A stretch of 64,000 nt of DNA, from positions 288,001-352,000 of the forward strand of contig CAVPOM010000006.1 of the NCBI GenBank assembly GCA_963707025.1, given 5' to 3'. A program made the position numbers and the translations under genes. Under the pieces are notes generated by a model. The model did no database searches, was not told the origin of the DNA, and saw nothing but the letters and a program-made list of their open reading frames with translations. Origin of the DNA: an uncultured Verrucomicrobiae bacterium (lineage in GTDB: Bacteria > Verrucomicrobiota > Verrucomicrobiia > Limisphaerales > Palsa-1400). How positions within the stretch are numbered: the stretch's first letter is position 1; every line of letters starts with the position of its first letter. Below, one piece after another: positions 62,362 through 64,000 of this stretch.

Positions 62362-62557
62362 GAGGCGGCGAAAGGTGGCTGGGAAATCCAACGCCGAGCG
62401 GTTGACAACCGGTTGAAGCCGTTTTGGATTCCTTGCCCAATCGAGGCGGAACGGGTCCGGGTGCTGCCGGTCCTAAACGCCGCCCAAATCCGGCCTGGGT
62501 TCAATCCAAAACGCGACGTTAGACCGGTTTAAGAAATGATGCAGCCGAAACGAGGGA

Positions 62558-62620
62558 GGTAGGGCGCGCACTCCGTGCGCGCCGCGGCGGGTCCCGATAA
62601 TTCGGGACCGGGACCCTACC
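62558..62620. repeat. REP-like family B with nested GGTCCCGATAATTCGGGACC
   Basis: ggtagggcgcgcactccgtgcgcgcc ... ccctacc. Confidence 0.8.
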
Positions 62621-62793
62621 GAGTGCTGCGTCTTCAGTTTTCTTGAAAACGCTCTAAACAGGAGCCTGGCCGTGAAATGTTCCGGCCACGGCTGGCTCTT
62701 GCGCAGAAGATTCCGCTGCTTCGGGGGCGGGTTCGCCCAAGGGCAACGCCGCCGGACGCGCCGCAGTTTCCCCTGTTCAAATCCCACTCCGGC

Positions 62794-63147
62794 TTACTTC
62801 TCGCGGATGATCTTCACCCGGAGGGACCCCACGGCCGGCTTTTCCAACCGGGCAAAGGCCGCGTGACTCAAATCCACCACTTTGCCGAATTGCATAAAGG
62901 CCCTGGCCCCGCCGCGGTCCGTCACCTCCACCTGCACGCTTTTGTGTCCGTAAACCACCTCGAGTCTGGTGCCGAGCGGATAATTCCAACTCGCCGCCGT
63001 CAAGGCATCGGGATTAAAAGGATGCCCGTTGGCCATGAGTTTTCCCCGTTCCGAGTCGCCGTACCAGGTGGCGCGGTCGTAACAGCAAGCGTGCCATCCG
63101 CACACCAGCAGAACCGCCGCCAGGAGCAGGGCAAATTTCCGTTTCAC
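62794..63147 (-). CDS. RlpA-like (DPBB) lytic transglycosylase
   Basis: ATWYG, MANG..F...ALTAAS, PLGT, VTDRG, DLSHAAF. Confidence 0.88.
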   Translation of the reverse strand: MKRKFALLLAAVLLVCGWHACCYDRATWYGDSERGKLMANGHPFNPDALTAASWNYPLGTRLEVVYGHKSVQVEVTDRGGARAFMQFGKVVDLSHAAFARLEKPAVGSLRVKIIREK

Positions 63148-63270
63148 GCCGCCATCCTAAACCGGCAGCGGCGCGGCCGCCAACCATTCCGATCACCGCC
63201 TTTTGCTGTATGCTGTAACAATAATGGCCCGTTGCGCGTCTATGGAACTGCTGATAAAATGATGCAACCG

Positions 63271-63981
63271 ATGAAATGCCGCCCGGTCGAAAAATCGAAG
63301 GCCTTTACGCTCATTGAGCTTCTGGTGGTGATCGCGATTATCGCGATTCTGGCCGGCATGCTGTTGCCGGCGCTGGCCATGGCCAAGGAAACGGCCAAAC
63401 GCATCCGTTGCACGAGCAACCAGCATGAGATCAGCCTGGCCAACATGATGTATGCGGATGAATACTCAGGCGATTATCCGCCCTACACCAGCGTGGAGCG
63501 CTGGACCACCTTCATGGTGGCAGAATACCAAAACCCGGCGGTGCTGCTTTGCCCCAGCGAGCAAGGCCCCGCTCCCGCCACCTACGGCACCGGTTCCCCC
63601 TTTCTCCCGGACAGAGTGCCCCGCAGCTATTTTATCAATGGTTTCAATGACGGCTATCTGGATAAATACGGGCCCAATTGGCAGACCAACGCGTATATAG
63701 ACATGCGGGAGAGCGACATCATTCTGCCGTCGGACACCGTGATATTTGGCGAGAAATTGTACAGCGCGCCCGACTTCTACATGGATTACTTCGACATTGA
63801 CGACGGCCTGAGATTGGATCAGGCCAAACACAGCCGGTGCCTGAGCAACACGAATCTGGGCGGCTCCGTCTATGCCTTTGTGGATGGGAGCACGCGCTTC
63901 CTGAGAGTCAACCAGAGCCTGAGCCCGGTGGTGTTGTGGTGTACCGATCCGTTGTATCGGGCCGGCACAACACCGCCCTGA
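63271..63981 (+). CDS. Prepilin-type N-terminal cleavage/methylation domain protein
   Basis: [26 protein letters not shown]-terminal H...YAFVDG. Confidence 0.9.
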   Translation: MKCRPVEKSKAFTLIELLVVIAIIAILAGMLLPALAMAKETAKRIRCTSNQHEISLANMMYADEYSGDYPPYTSVERWTTFMVAEYQNPAVLLCPSEQGPAPATYGTGSPFLPDRVPRSYFINGFNDGYLDKYGPNWQTNAYIDMRESDIILPSDTVIFGEKLYSAPDFYMDYFDIDDGLRLDQAKHSRCLSNTNLGGSVYAFVDGSTRFLRVNQSLSPVVLWCTDPLYRAGTTPP

Positions 63982-64000
63982 GCGGGCCTTTGCCTGGAAT

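Noticed and set aside
62362..62557. Possible ncRNA in the fucosidase-rlpA gap
   Set aside because: No recognisable RNA family motif or convincing long stem by eye

Overview
GC-rich bacterial chromosomal segment. Gene content (several prepilin-type N-methylation proteins, large secreted proteins with a shared C-terminal domain, a four-helix-bundle gene) points to Verrucomicrobiota, probably Pedosphaera/Limisphaerales-like; this is inference. Housekeeping and metabolic genes include hpf, parA, gcvT-gcvH, HU, pntAA-pntAB-pntB, nth, moeB, two cyclophilins, nusA-infB, a TetR-RND efflux operon, an RlmI-like methyltransferase and three glycoside hydrolases. Accessory and mobile content: three type II toxin-antitoxin pairs; a complete group II intron (24861-26819) whose EBS1 matches a motif repeated seven times in its host gene; an IS4-family element (55448-57351) with a divergent passenger gene, inserted into a REP palindrome; a SAM-I riboswitch leading a ThrC-like/MoaD/NIL putative sulfur-carrier operon. 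The least explained signal is a dense set of short-period (6, 7, 8, 9, 10 bp) degenerate tandem arrays, often in inverted pairs. One set brackets and invades a four-helix-bundle (IVS/Avd-like) gene with 13 forward and 13 reverse nonamers; the others look like empty sites. Seven single-base frameshifts in otherwise intact genes are most likely assembly errors. No tRNA, rRNA or CRISPR array was seen. All family assignments come from motif recognition, not database searches.
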